This document shows positions 45,115 through 54,440 of a DNA stretch of 64,000 nucleotides, in pieces. Position 1 is the stretch's first letter; each line of letters opens with the position of its first letter. Origin of the DNA: an uncultured Candidatus Binatia bacterium (lineage in GTDB: Bacteria > Desulfobacterota > Binatia > UBA9968 > JAJDTQ01). The translations under genes were made by a program, and so were the position numbers. The DNA lies in NCBI GenBank assembly GCA_964291295.2, contig OZ219754.1, positions 2,048,001 through 2,112,000 on the forward strand, in the 5' to 3' direction. The notes under the pieces are model-generated. The model was not told the DNA's origin. It saw nothing but the letters and a program-made list of their open reading frames with translations, and searched no databases.

Positions 45115-45322
45115 TCCGTTGATTCGCAGACTCCCTCCCGCTTCAGCGAGCCCCGGGTGTTGCCCGGGGGCGGCCCGCAGGTGTTCCAGCCGCATCATCA
45201 GGCTGTGGAGGGCTGCGGCCACGGGCGGGTCTGAAGCCCGGTCCCGGGGGTGGTTCCCGGCCTCGGGGCAGCCGCGGGCGTTCATGGCGTATCCCCGGGA
45301 ATTGCGGTAGGGTAGGGCCGGT

Positions 45323-46516
45323 ATGGCCACCGAGCCCCGCATCCGCAGGAATGTCCTCGTCCTGGCCACGTGCCAGATGCTGTTCGGGTCCTCGCGAACG
45401 CTTCTCATCGCCACGACGCCGGTCATCGCCCTGGGCATGGGCTACAAGGCGCTGGCCACCGTGCCGGCGGCACTGGTGATCGTCGGCACCGCCATCGCGA
45501 CCATGCCGGCCTCGATGTTCATGCGTGTCACCGGACGTCGTCTGGGGTTCATGATCGGCGCCGGTATCGGCGCCTTGGCCGGCGTGATGGTCCTCGGCGC
45601 CATCATCCAGGCCAGGTTCGGGCTGTTGTGCCTCGCCAGCCTCACCTACGGGATCTTCGCTGCCTTCGGGCAGTACTTTCGCTTTGCCGCGGCCGATACC
45701 GCACCCCGGCACTTCAGGAGCAAGGCCATCTCCCTGGTGCTGGCGGGGGGCGTCGTGGCGGCCTTCGTCGGTCCTTACCTGGCCGAGACCGGCGAGAATC
45801 TCCTCGCCGCGGGCGAGTTCATGGGTTCCTATGTTTTCCTCATCGGGCTCATGGTGCTCATCGCCCTTGCGCTGATCTTCCTCAACATTCCCAAGCTCAC
45901 CCCGAGCGAGCGTGCCGCCGCCCAGCGCTCCCTGACCCGGATCATGCTGCAGCCGGTGTTCATCGCCGCCACCCTGGCGGCCACCATGGGGCAAGGGGTC
46001 ATGAACCTGTTGATGACGGCGATCCCCATCGCCATGGTGGAGGCCGATTTCGAGTTTGCCGACACCGCGTTCGTCATAAGCTGGCACAGCTTCGGGATGT
46101 TCGCGCCGGGGTTCGTCACAGGCTCCCTGATCAAGCGCTTCGGAGAGGTGCGCGTCATCCTGACGGGACTGACCTTGCAGCTCGCGTGCATCGGGGTGGC
46201 GCTTTCGGGCGAGGGCGTGATGGAGTTCTGGCTTTCCATGCTGCTCCTGGGCGTGGGCTGGAACTTCGCCTTCACCGGGGGCACGTCGCTCCTGACCTCG
46301 TCCTACAACCCGGCGGAGCGGGCCAAGACCCAGGGAGCCATGAGCTTCATCAACTACGCCTTCGTGGCGGTGGTGTCGCTGTCGTCCGGGGCGCTGCTCC
46401 ACTTCTTCGGCTGGGAATGGGTCAATCTGAGCAGCATCCCGCTGCTCGCCATTGCGGCCGTGGCGACGTCGTGGTTCGCGTTCTCCAGGTCTCCTGCCGC
46501 ACCGGCGCCTGCCTGA
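45323..46516 (+). CDS. MFS transporter
   Basis: About 12 TMs, FRFAAAD, GMFAPGFVTGSLIKRFG, GVGWNF. Confidence 0.88.
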   Translation: MATEPRIRRNVLVLATCQMLFGSSRTLLIATTPVIALGMGYKALATVPAALVIVGTAIATMPASMFMRVTGRRLGFMIGAGIGALAGVMVLGAIIQARFGLLCLASLTYGIFAAFGQYFRFAAADTAPRHFRSKAISLVLAGGVVAAFVGPYLAETGENLLAAGEFMGSYVFLIGLMVLIALALIFLNIPKLTPSERAAAQRSLTRIMLQPVFIAATLAATMGQGVMNLLMTAIPIAMVEADFEFADTAFVISWHSFGMFAPGFVTGSLIKRFGEVRVILTGLTLQLACIGVALSGEGVMEFWLSMLLLGVGWNFAFTGGTSLLTSSYNPAERAKTQGAMSFINYAFVAVVSLSSGALLHFFGWEWVNLSSIPLLAIAAVATSWFAFSRSPAAPAPA

Positions 46517-46724
46517 AAGCCTGTGCCGCCGGACGCTTCGGCAGGGGGCGCCGGGAGTTTCGTCCACCAGAATGGCGGCCATGTGCCGCCTCCTCCCCGC
46601 CTCGTCCCGTGGTTGGCCGCGCCGGGCGCGAATCGGGGCTCCGGCAGCTCTCCCTCCCGCGGCCATTGGCCGCCGCGCCGGCTTCTGGCCCGCGCGTGAC
46701 GCTTGGGCGCGCCGGAGAGTGCGG

Positions 46725-47105
46725 CTACAGCACCGCCACCACCTCGATCTGGAACAGCATGTCGCCGCGAACGGGAGACTTGATGGCGTGGCGGGCGGGT
46801 CGGTCGTGCGCGTCCGGGTACATCGCGAGCCAGGCCTTGTTGATGGCGTCACGGTACTCCTCTTCCTTGAGATAGACCGTCATCCGCACGATGTCGTCGG
46901 GGCTGCCGCCGGCCAACTCCATGAACTTGCGGATGTTGTCGAAAAGCACCTCCGCCTGCGTGTCCGGGTCCGGCGGCAGTTTCCCGGTCGCACCGTCCCG
47001 GCCCGAGATGCCGGAGGACCAGACGAGGTTGCCGATTCTCGCTCCCATGGGGATCGGCGCATTGTGCGGCACGCCCGGCAATTCGATACTGACGCGTTTG
47101 GACAT
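46725..47105 (-). CDS. RidA/YjgF family protein
   Basis: 126 aa, SSGISG, DIVRMTVYL, RPARH (catalytic Arg position), QIEVVA. Confidence 0.88.
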   Translation of the reverse strand: MSKRVSIELPGVPHNAPIPMGARIGNLVWSSGISGRDGATGKLPPDPDTQAEVLFDNIRKFMELAGGSPDDIVRMTVYLKEEEYRDAINKAWLAMYPDAHDRPARHAIKSPVRGDMLFQIEVVAVL

Positions 47106-47142
47106 GGACTGGCTCCTTCCGTGTCGTTTCGGAAACTGGGGC

Positions 47143-48405
47143 TCAAACGGCGGCGGTTTCCGGGTCTTTCGCCCCTCTTGCCGTCACCGCCAACAGCACC
47201 GCGGCGATCAGCAGCACCACCAGCGTGCTGAACCCCAGCGACCCGTTGATGCCGAAGTACGCGCCGGCAAAGCCCACGGTGATGCCGCTGAAGGTCCGCA
47301 GCCCCTGCGCGGCCATGTTGTAAAGCCCGATCAGGCGTCCGCGAAGATTCACCGGGGCCTCGAGTTGTACCAGCGTCTGGGCCATGGACAGGAACGCGAG
47401 ATTGAGCACGCCGGCGCAGAACAGGAACAGCAGGGCCAGGACGTAGTGAGAGGTGACGGCAAAGGCGGTCATGGCGCAACACCACAGCATGGCCAGGATG
47501 ATGGCGGTGGAGGCCCGTGGCCTGAACAGACCGCGTATTTCCAGCAGCAGACCGCCGGTGACGGCGCCGGCGCCGTTGGCGGCGAACAACGCGGCGTAGC
47601 CGAAGCCCAGCTCCTCCGCCCCGAGCGCCAGCGCGTACGCCGGCATCAGGGCCTGAAACGCATTGCCCACGAAGAAGGCGTAAAATCCCACCAGCAGGAT
47701 CATGGCCAGCAGGACCCGGTTGTGGGATGCTCCCCACAGCGCCGAAAGCGCCTCGGCCCAGCCTCCCCCCCTGCTCTGTCGTCCGGAACCATGCCCCGTG
47801 TAGGGTACGCGCCGGCACCAGATCACCAGCGGCACATAGAGGAGGGCGTTGACGCACAGCGCCCGCGTGGGCCTCAGCAACAACAGGATGCCGCCTCCCA
47901 CCGCGGGGCCGAACAGAATTCCCAGCTGCCGCCCCGTCGCCAGCAGCCGGATGCCGCTCTGAAGCGTCTCTGCCCCCACCACATCGTAGATCATGAGTTG
48001 GCGTGACGGGTTCCAAAGGGCGCCCGCCAGGCCGTGAAGGCTCAACAGGATGACCGAATGCCACATCTCGAGACGTTCGGTGTAAAACAGGACGGCCCAG
48101 GTGAGGCTTACCGAAATGAACAGCGCCTGGGACCCTTGCATGATCCGGCGGCAATCGAAGCGGTCCGCCAGCGCGCCGAAATACCACGAGAACATCAGCG
48201 CCGGCAGCCAGTGGCCGATGACGGCGAAGCCCTGCAGGGTCTCCGACCGAAACAACTGGTAAATGATCCCGTAGCTGATGACATGCTCGATGTTGTCGGC
48301 CATCATCGACAGCATGTTGCCGACGAAGAACCACGCGAAGTCCCGATTTCGCAATGCGGCAAACGCCGGCGGCTGTCGGGCGGGCGAGGTCGTGGGTGTG
48401 CTCAT
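47143..48405 (-). CDS. MFS transporter (MFS_3/DHA3-like)
   Basis: FAALRNRDF, GALADRFD, GPAVGG, about 12 TMs. Confidence 0.88.
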   Translation of the reverse strand: MSTPTTSPARQPPAFAALRNRDFAWFFVGNMLSMMADNIEHVISYGIIYQLFRSETLQGFAVIGHWLPALMFSWYFGALADRFDCRRIMQGSQALFISVSLTWAVLFYTERLEMWHSVILLSLHGLAGALWNPSRQLMIYDVVGAETLQSGIRLLATGRQLGILFGPAVGGGILLLLRPTRALCVNALLYVPLVIWCRRVPYTGHGSGRQSRGGGWAEALSALWGASHNRVLLAMILLVGFYAFFVGNAFQALMPAYALALGAEELGFGYAALFAANGAGAVTGGLLLEIRGLFRPRASTAIILAMLWCCAMTAFAVTSHYVLALLFLFCAGVLNLAFLSMAQTLVQLEAPVNLRGRLIGLYNMAAQGLRTFSGITVGFAGAYFGINGSLGFSTLVVLLIAAVLLAVTARGAKDPETAAV

Positions 48406-48627
48406 GAGGTGCGAACGCCCTCGGATGCGGGTGCGCTGGCGTTCACTTTAGACAAGTTGCCGGCTCATTGACAATCGCGAACGCCGGGAGGGGGATGGAA
48501 AGGGCAGAAGCGGAAGGCAGCAGCGGAAGGGGCAGCCTCGGGAGGGAAGCCGCGATGGCGGCGTTGGTGAGGGAGGAGGGCAGCCGCCGGCGGCCGCTCT
48601 CCTCCCCGGCTGGCGGAACGGTCGGCC

Positions 48628-49224
48628 CTACCGGTGCCTGCGGCCCTTGCTGCTTTGCAGCAGCCGTTTCAGAATGCGGTCGGCCACGGCCGACTGCTCG
48701 GGGGTCAGGACTTCGCGCACCGCCAGTGCGGCATCGGTGCGTGCGCGCAGCATGTCTCCCCGCATCCCGGTGATCTCGTCGACCTTTGCGTTGATCCCGG
48801 CCCTGTCCGGAGTCTCCTGCGATATCATTTCCCGGAGTTCGATACGGGCGACCTTGACGTTGGCGCGCAGGATGATGTTCTTCTTCCGCGCTTCCGCCAG
48901 CACGCTCTTGATCTTTTCGTCCTGCTCGTCGGTCAGCTTCAGCTTCGTCAGGTTCGTGAGCTTCGTGAGCATGCCTTCGATCATGTGCTCCTGGAACATG
49001 CTCCCCCGGCCTTCATGTCCGTGTCCGTGTCGTCTCCCCCGCTCTTCGCCCCCCTCGGAGCGACCGATGCGGGGGCCGTCACCCTGACGCCCTTCGCCCT
49101 GCTGGCTCCACGCGACGCCCCCGGAAAGCCCCATCAGGAGCAGGGGTACCATCATCAATGCCGTGCGTCCGGGATGTCTCATCCTGATTCTCATCCTGAT
49201 TCCTTTCATCCTTGTTCTCCTCAT
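48628..49224 (-). CDS. Spy/CpxP-family periplasmic protein
   Basis: Signal peptide, G/H-rich linker, LKLTDEQ and VLTPEQ (LTxxQ) motifs. Four possible in-frame ATGs between 49182 and 49224. Confidence 0.85.
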   Translation of the reverse strand: MRRTRMKGIRMRIRMRHPGRTALMMVPLLLMGLSGGVAWSQQGEGRQGDGPRIGRSEGGEERGRRHGHGHEGRGSMFQEHMIEGMLTKLTNLTKLKLTDEQDEKIKSVLAEARKKNIILRANVKVARIELREMISQETPDRAGINAKVDEITGMRGDMLRARTDAALAVREVLTPEQSAVADRILKRLLQSSKGRRHR

Positions 49225-49289
49225 CCTGGTCCTCCTTGTTTCGGGTTCTCCTTGCGTGACGGGTTCGATCCGGATCGTGGTCACATCGA

Positions 49290-49308
49290 TTAGACGCGGC
49301 TTGGTTCC
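49290..49308 (-). promoter_or_regulatory. ECF-promoter-like motif upstream of the spy-like gene
   Basis: GGAACC-AAGCCGC-GTCTAA. The same motif occurs at 50894-50912. Confidence 0.55.
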
Positions 49309-49317
49309 CGGAGTGCG

Positions 49318-49770
49318 TCAATTGCCGTCGCGCAGCGACTCGAGGCGGGAAATCATGCGCTCGCGGTTCTTTCTCCGCCGCTCGCGGAAGTGACCGGTAC
49401 GTCGTTCCAGCTTGCGTGCCTGCAGCTCGTCGAGGGCCGGCCTGATCCTGCCGTGGAACTCGAGGAGGATCCGGTCGGTCTCTTCGAGAGCGCGGATCCG
49501 CGCCCGGTAAAGGTCTCTCCGGATCTCACGCAGCAGCGGTCCGATCTCGGCCATCTGTCCATCGGACAGGTCGAGTTCCTGTTGCAGCATGCGGAGGTAC
49601 CGGCCGCTGAAGCCGCGTCTCCTCCCCCGGCGGTGTTCCCCGCCGTCGCCGGTGTCATGCCAGACCCGGCTCCACAGGTACTTCACGGGGTAGGCCTGAC
49701 CCACCAGGGCACCGCCCGCGAGCCCCAGGAGGAAAACGCCCACCACTGCGATCAAGGCTTTGCGTTTCAT
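49318..49770 (-). CDS. Membrane-anchored LTxxQ-like periplasmic protein
   Basis: N-terminal TM (FLLGLAGGAL), ELDLSDGQ and LDELQ repeats. In the ECF operon. Confidence 0.7.
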   Translation of the reverse strand: MKRKALIAVVGVFLLGLAGGALVGQAYPVKYLWSRVWHDTGDGGEHRRGRRRGFSGRYLRMLQQELDLSDGQMAEIGPLLREIRRDLYRARIRALEETDRILLEFHGRIRPALDELQARKLERRTGHFRERRRKNRERMISRLESLRDGN

Positions 49771-50225
49771 GGATTTCGAGCTCCCACCCATGCCATCAGG
49801 ACCGCGTCGGGCTCGTCCGCGGGCACGCTCTCCTGTCCCGGCCCGCCCTCCAGCATGGTGATGGCGGCCAGGGCCTGCTCCGGGGGTTCGCGCAGCATGC
49901 CGCGCCACAGGCCTGCGCCGGCCAGAAGCAACACCGCCAGCGCAAAGGCCGGCGCCAACCGGCGGCTGAACAACAGCAGGGCGTCGCTGAGGGATGCACG
50001 CCGGCCCTCTTCCTCGCGGATCCTGGCCGCGACCCCGGGCCATGCCGGCCGCTGGGCGGCGGGCTCGGGCGCGGCGGTGAAGAACCGCAGCCAGAGCTGC
50101 TCCTCCCGGAGGACTGTGCGGCAGGCCGGGCACGACCCGGCGTGTTCGCCGTGGGCGTCCGGGACGCCCTCCGTCAGCTTCGCGCCGGCTGTTTCCAGCC
50201 ATTGCCTGAAGTCATTGCAGGTCAC
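49767..50225 (-). CDS. Zinc-finger (HxxxCxxC) membrane anti-sigma factor
   Basis: MTCNDF...HAGSCPAC followed by one TM. Directly downstream of the ECF sigma. Confidence 0.8.
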   Translation of the reverse strand: MTCNDFRQWLETAGAKLTEGVPDAHGEHAGSCPACRTVLREEQLWLRFFTAAPEPAAQRPAWPGVAARIREEEGRRASLSDALLLFSRRLAPAFALAVLLLAGAGLWRGMLREPPEQALAAITMLEGGPGQESVPADEPDAVLMAWVGARNP

Positions 50226-50228
50226 GAA

Positions 50229-50852
50229 TCACCTCCGGGCCCGTTCGGCAACATGGGGGGCGAGCCGCTGCCGCAGCCGCTCCCGGGCGCGTGCGTGCCG
50301 TGACTTGACCGTGCCCACCGAACATTTCAGGATAGCCGCGACTTCCTGGTAGGAGTTCCCCTCCATGTCCTTGAGGGTCACGACCACGCGCATGGGGTCG
50401 GGCAGGGAGGCCACGATTCGTGCCACCAGACGGCTGACCGTGGTGTCCGGGGGCTCGCGCTCCCCGCCGTCCCCAGGCTCCTCGAGGGAGAGCAGGTCGC
50501 GCAGGCCCCGTACCGCCGCTTCCCCGGGCTCGGCGTCGAGGGATACCGTGCCTGATTGCCTCTTGAGCTCGTCCCGGGCGCGGTTGATGGCAATGCGCGT
50601 GATCCAGGTGCCGAATGTGGCATCTTCCCGGAACTTGCCCAGCGAGAAGAAAGCCTTGACGAACACCTCCTGCACGACGTCGTCCACGTCCCCGTGATCG
50701 GGGCCCAGGAGTCTCGCGACGATCCGGTGGATGCGCGCCTGGTAGCGCTCCACCAGGAGCCGATAGGCGTCCGAATCACCGTCCCGAACCCGTCGCACCA
50801 CATCCCTCTCGGCATCTTCCAGGGTGAGGGGACACGGCAGAGCTTCCGTCAT
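50229..50852 (-). CDS. ECF sigma factor
   Basis: DDVVQEVFVKAF, FGTWITRIAIN, SYQEVAAIL..GTVKSRHARAR. Confidence 0.92.
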   Translation of the reverse strand: MTEALPCPLTLEDAERDVVRRVRDGDSDAYRLLVERYQARIHRIVARLLGPDHGDVDDVVQEVFVKAFFSLGKFREDATFGTWITRIAINRARDELKRQSGTVSLDAEPGEAAVRGLRDLLSLEEPGDGGEREPPDTTVSRLVARIVASLPDPMRVVVTLKDMEGNSYQEVAAILKCSVGTVKSRHARARERLRQRLAPHVAERARR

Positions 50853-50893
50853 CCTCAATCGTTTTCCTCGCTCAAACGGACTGCTTCATACCG

Positions 50894-50912
50894 TTAGACA
50901 GCGGCGGGTTCC
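50894..50912 (-). promoter_or_regulatory. ECF-promoter-like motif upstream of the ECF operon
   Basis: GGAACC-CGCCGCT-GTCTAA, about 40 nt before the ATG. Confidence 0.55.
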
Positions 50913-51114
50913 GGCCCGCGCGAAAAAGGCGGGAGGCACGTCTCAGGCAAAGCGCCGCATCCGTGGCGGCGGCATCTTCGACGCTGGCGCGCGCGGCATG
51001 GCGCCGGCCGCCGCCGCGAACCCCTCCCGGCGTTCGATGCCCCCTCGTGGCCGGGCAGCCGTGGAAAGGGTCGGGTTCGGGTACCGCGTGCGTCCGGACC
51101 GGCCAGGCGACCGC

Positions 51115-53025
51115 TCAACCCGCGGCGCCGGCCGTAGCCACCCGCCGCATGAACGGTCGCGCCAGGCCGGCGCCGGCCAGGACCGCGCCGATGATATCGC
51201 TCATCGTGCCAGGGGCGATGAGCATGATGGCGGCCGCGAACACGAGGACCCGCTCGACCGCCTGGGTTCGGTCCTTCAGGTCGCCCACCAGCGCGTAGGC
51301 GTTGAGGATGACCCCGGCCGCGGCCGTGGTGGTGGTGAGGATGACTTCCATGGGGCTGCCGCGCATCAGCAGCGGCGTGCCGAAAACGAAGGCGTAGGGC
51401 AGTATGTAGACTGGCAGCGAGATCAGACCGGCGAACAGGCTGGTGCGCCAGAAGTCACTGCCGGCCACGGTGGCGCCTGCGTAGGCCGCCAGCGCCACCG
51501 GTGGTGTCACCATGGACAGCATGCCGGAGAAGAAGATGAACAGGTGGGCGGCCATGGGCCACACGCCGACCTTGATGAGGACGGGCGCCACCATCAGTGC
51601 GAGGATGATGTAGGCGATGCTGGTGGGCAGTCCCATGCCCAGGATCATGGACGCGAACATGGTCAGCAGCAGGATGACGGTGAGATCGCCGCCCGCCATG
51701 CCGATGACGAGACCCGAGAAGCGGGTGGCCAGGCCGGTCATCAGGATGGTGCCCATGATGATGCCGACGCAGGCCACGGCGGTTCCCAGGGTCGCGAAGT
51801 CCCTGCCGGTGCTTTCGAATACGTGGATGCCCTTCTTGAGAGCGGTCCAGGCCCCGGCCGGTGCGGACGAGGCGAAGCCGCCGCGGTCCCGGCGAAACAT
51901 GGAGAGGGCGGCGATACCCACCCCCAGCACCGCGATGACGGCCATGGCTCGCAGCACCGCCTGGACCGGTGACATCCGCAGCAGCAGCAGCACGATGAGG
52001 AGGCCGATGCCGGCGATGAACGTCAGGCCCTGGGGTTCGCGCACCACTTCCCGAATGCGGGGCAACTCCGACGGCGGCAGTCCCGTGAGCCCGGAGCGCA
52101 ACGCGTAGAAGTAGACCCCCGCCAGCACCCCGACGAAATACAGCACCGCCGGAATCAGCGCGGCCTTGACGATGGCGAGATAGTCCACGGCCAGGAACTG
52201 CATCATGAGAAACGCCGCCGCCCCCATGACCGGCGGCATGAACTGGCCGCCGGTGGACGCCGCCGCCTCCACCGCCCCGGCCACGTGGGGCTGGAAGCCC
52301 ACGCGCTTCATCAGGGGTATCGTGATGGAGCCGGTGACCATGACGTTGGCCACCGCGCTGCCGCTGACCGAGCCCATCATGCCGCTCGAAACCACCGCCA
52401 TCATCGCCGGGCCGCCGCGGTATCTCCCCACCAGCGAGCGGGTGAACTCCATGATGAAGGCAAGCGCGCCGGTGGCTTCCAGCAGCTTGCCGAACATGAC
52501 GAACAGGAAGACGAACTTGAAGGTGATGTAGGTGGCGACGCCGAAGACACCGTTGCCGGACAGGTAGACGGTGGTGACGATGCGGTCCAGGTCGAAACCG
52601 CCGTGCCCGCCCACCCACCGTGGCAGGTGCTGGCCGTAAAAGCAGTAAGCCAGAAACACCAGCGCGGTGATCACCAGCGCCCAGCCCACGATGCGGCGGG
52701 TGGCCTCGAGCACCACGATGACGCACACCACCCCCAGTACCAGGTCGGTCTCGGTGACGAGTCCCGACTTGAAGGCGATCTCTTCGTGCTCGATGAACAC
52801 GTAGCCGAAGGTCGCCAGGCTGAGGGCCAGCCAGAAGAGATCCACCGCCGCCTGGGCCGGGCGCTGGCGCTGCGTCGCCTGGGTCAGGAACACCAGGGCG
52901 AACAGTATCAGCAGGAACAGGCTGCGTTCCTGGAGGGGCGGCAACGGACTGAAGGCGTTCCAGACGGCGTAGACCGACAGTCCGATGGCCAGCAGCCGGA
53001 TGAGGGTCCGACCCAGCGTTTCCAG
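51115..53025 (-). CDS. TRAP fused (4TM/12TM) permease, TAXI type (probable CTG start)
   Basis: LEATRRIVG, GSVSGSAVANV, STGGQFMPPVMG, LGMGLPT, VTPPVALAAY. The first TM lies upstream of the TTG at 52944. Confidence 0.88.
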   Translation of the reverse strand: METLGRTLIRLLAIGLSVYAVWNAFSPLPPLQERSLFLLILFALVFLTQATQRQRPAQAAVDLFWLALSLATFGYVFIEHEEIAFKSGLVTETDLVLGVVCVIVVLEATRRIVGWALVITALVFLAYCFYGQHLPRWVGGHGGFDLDRIVTTVYLSGNGVFGVATYITFKFVFLFVMFGKLLEATGALAFIMEFTRSLVGRYRGGPAMMAVVSSGMMGSVSGSAVANVMVTGSITIPLMKRVGFQPHVAGAVEAAASTGGQFMPPVMGAAAFLMMQFLAVDYLAIVKAALIPAVLYFVGVLAGVYFYALRSGLTGLPPSELPRIREVVREPQGLTFIAGIGLLIVLLLLRMSPVQAVLRAMAVIAVLGVGIAALSMFRRDRGGFASSAPAGAWTALKKGIHVFESTGRDFATLGTAVACVGIIMGTILMTGLATRFSGLVIGMAGGDLTVILLLTMFASMILGMGLPTSIAYIILALMVAPVLIKVGVWPMAAHLFIFFSGMLSMVTPPVALAAYAGATVAGSDFWRTSLFAGLISLPVYILPYAFVFGTPLLMRGSPMEVILTTTTAAAGVILNAYALVGDLKDRTQAVERVLVFAAAIMLIAPGTMSDIIGAVLAGAGLARPFMRRVATAGAAG

Positions 53026-53344
53026 TGCCCCGTCTCCTTTCAGTCGCGCACCGCGCCGGGATGAAAGGGCGCGGTGCCGTCCTGGGTCAGCACCGCCGCC
53101 TGCCCCCGTGCGTGTTCCATGCCGCGCACATTACCGGCCGCCTGTCGAGGCCATGCCCGTGCGGATGCCGCCGGTCTCCACAGCGTACGGTATGCTTCGC
53201 GCGGTTGCCGGGGACACCCGCGCCTTGGCGGCGATCACCGCCGCCAGGGCGCGATTTCAGCGTAACACGTCTCATGACATGCATCCTGGCGGCTTTCTTC
53301 CGGAAACCGCGGCCTCGGACCGGCGGTGCACGCCTGCGGTGTGC

Positions 53345-54328
53345 CTACTTTCCGGGCCAGAGCCCGGCTTCCTTCCAGTAGCGGGCGGCTCCGGGATGGT
53401 AAGGGACGCCTATCCGGGCCGTCAGCACCGCCGGGTTGAGTTCGGCGTACTTGAAATAGCGCACGTCGGCGGCGAGCTGCTTCAGATTTTGATGAATCAG
53501 CTTGACGACCTGGTAGACCAGCGCTTCATCCGCGTCCGCACGGACCGTGAGAAGGGGACCGCCGATGTCGAAGGTCTCGACGGCCTTCTCGAAGGTGGGC
53601 GTGCTCGCGGGTATGGTCTGCCGCGTCATGTACGGGAACTGTTTGAGCATCTGGTCCACCGCCTGGGGCTCCGGCGGCAGGTACCGCGCGCCCTTTTCGG
53701 CATGAAGGCGCAACGCCGCCGGAATCGGGCTCAGGCCCGAAACCATGGTCGGCATGGCCACGATGTTGCCGTCGCCGAGCTGCGTGTAGAGGTCGCTCAT
53801 GCCCGCGTAGACAGGCCTGAAGTCCTTCTTGTAGGTGAGGCCGTGGGCTTTCATCAACGGCACCATGAAGGCGTCCCAGGTACGGCCGGTGCCCACGCCC
53901 ACGCGGTTCCCCTTGAGGTCGGCGAAGGAGTGGATGGGGCTCCCGGGCAACGTGTGGAGCGTGAAGGCGTTGGGAAAGAGGCCCATGGCCAGAGCCACCG
54001 GGTATTTTCTCTTGTAGGTCATGACGCCGTGGTACGCCGGATAGGAGTTGTTGGAGGCGATGACTCCCATGAAGATCTGCTTGCGTTCGATCAGGCGCAC
54101 GTTCTCGCGTGAACCCTCGGTGACCGCCGCGGTTACCGGGATCTTCAACTCCTTCTCGAGCAGCTTGGCCACGCCCCCCGCCACCACGTAGAAGGCACCG
54201 CCGATGCTGGCACCGCCGATCTCCATGCTCGCCGGCATTGCCGCGGTCGCCCGCTGCGGGCCCGCCGCCCACGCCAGGGCCGCCACGGCGACCGCCACCC
54301 ACAACCCCTTGAGTCTCGGACTTCTCAT
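53345..54328 (-). CDS. TAXI-family TRAP solute-binding protein
   Basis: Signal peptide, GGAFY, TEGSREN, VPYHPGAARYW. AGGAGG RBS. Confidence 0.9.
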   Translation of the reverse strand: MRSPRLKGLWVAVAVAALAWAAGPQRATAAMPASMEIGGASIGGAFYVVAGGVAKLLEKELKIPVTAAVTEGSRENVRLIERKQIFMGVIASNNSYPAYHGVMTYKRKYPVALAMGLFPNAFTLHTLPGSPIHSFADLKGNRVGVGTGRTWDAFMVPLMKAHGLTYKKDFRPVYAGMSDLYTQLGDGNIVAMPTMVSGLSPIPAALRLHAEKGARYLPPEPQAVDQMLKQFPYMTRQTIPASTPTFEKAVETFDIGGPLLTVRADADEALVYQVVKLIHQNLKQLAADVRYFKYAELNPAVLTARIGVPYHPGAARYWKEAGLWPGK

Positions 54329-54440
54329 GACATACCTCCTGAGATGGTTGTTCCAAGGCTGGCCGGGACCCACCCGGCCGCCCCGGCGAATGCGCGTAAA
54401 ATAGGATGGATGGTGTTGCCCGTCAACCCCGCGCCGCCGG

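Noticed and set aside
48500-48536. CGGAAGGCAGCAGC resembling SRP RNA helix 8
   Set aside because: The bases flanking GGAA do not pair and CAGG is absent. It is better explained as a 13-bp tandem duplication.
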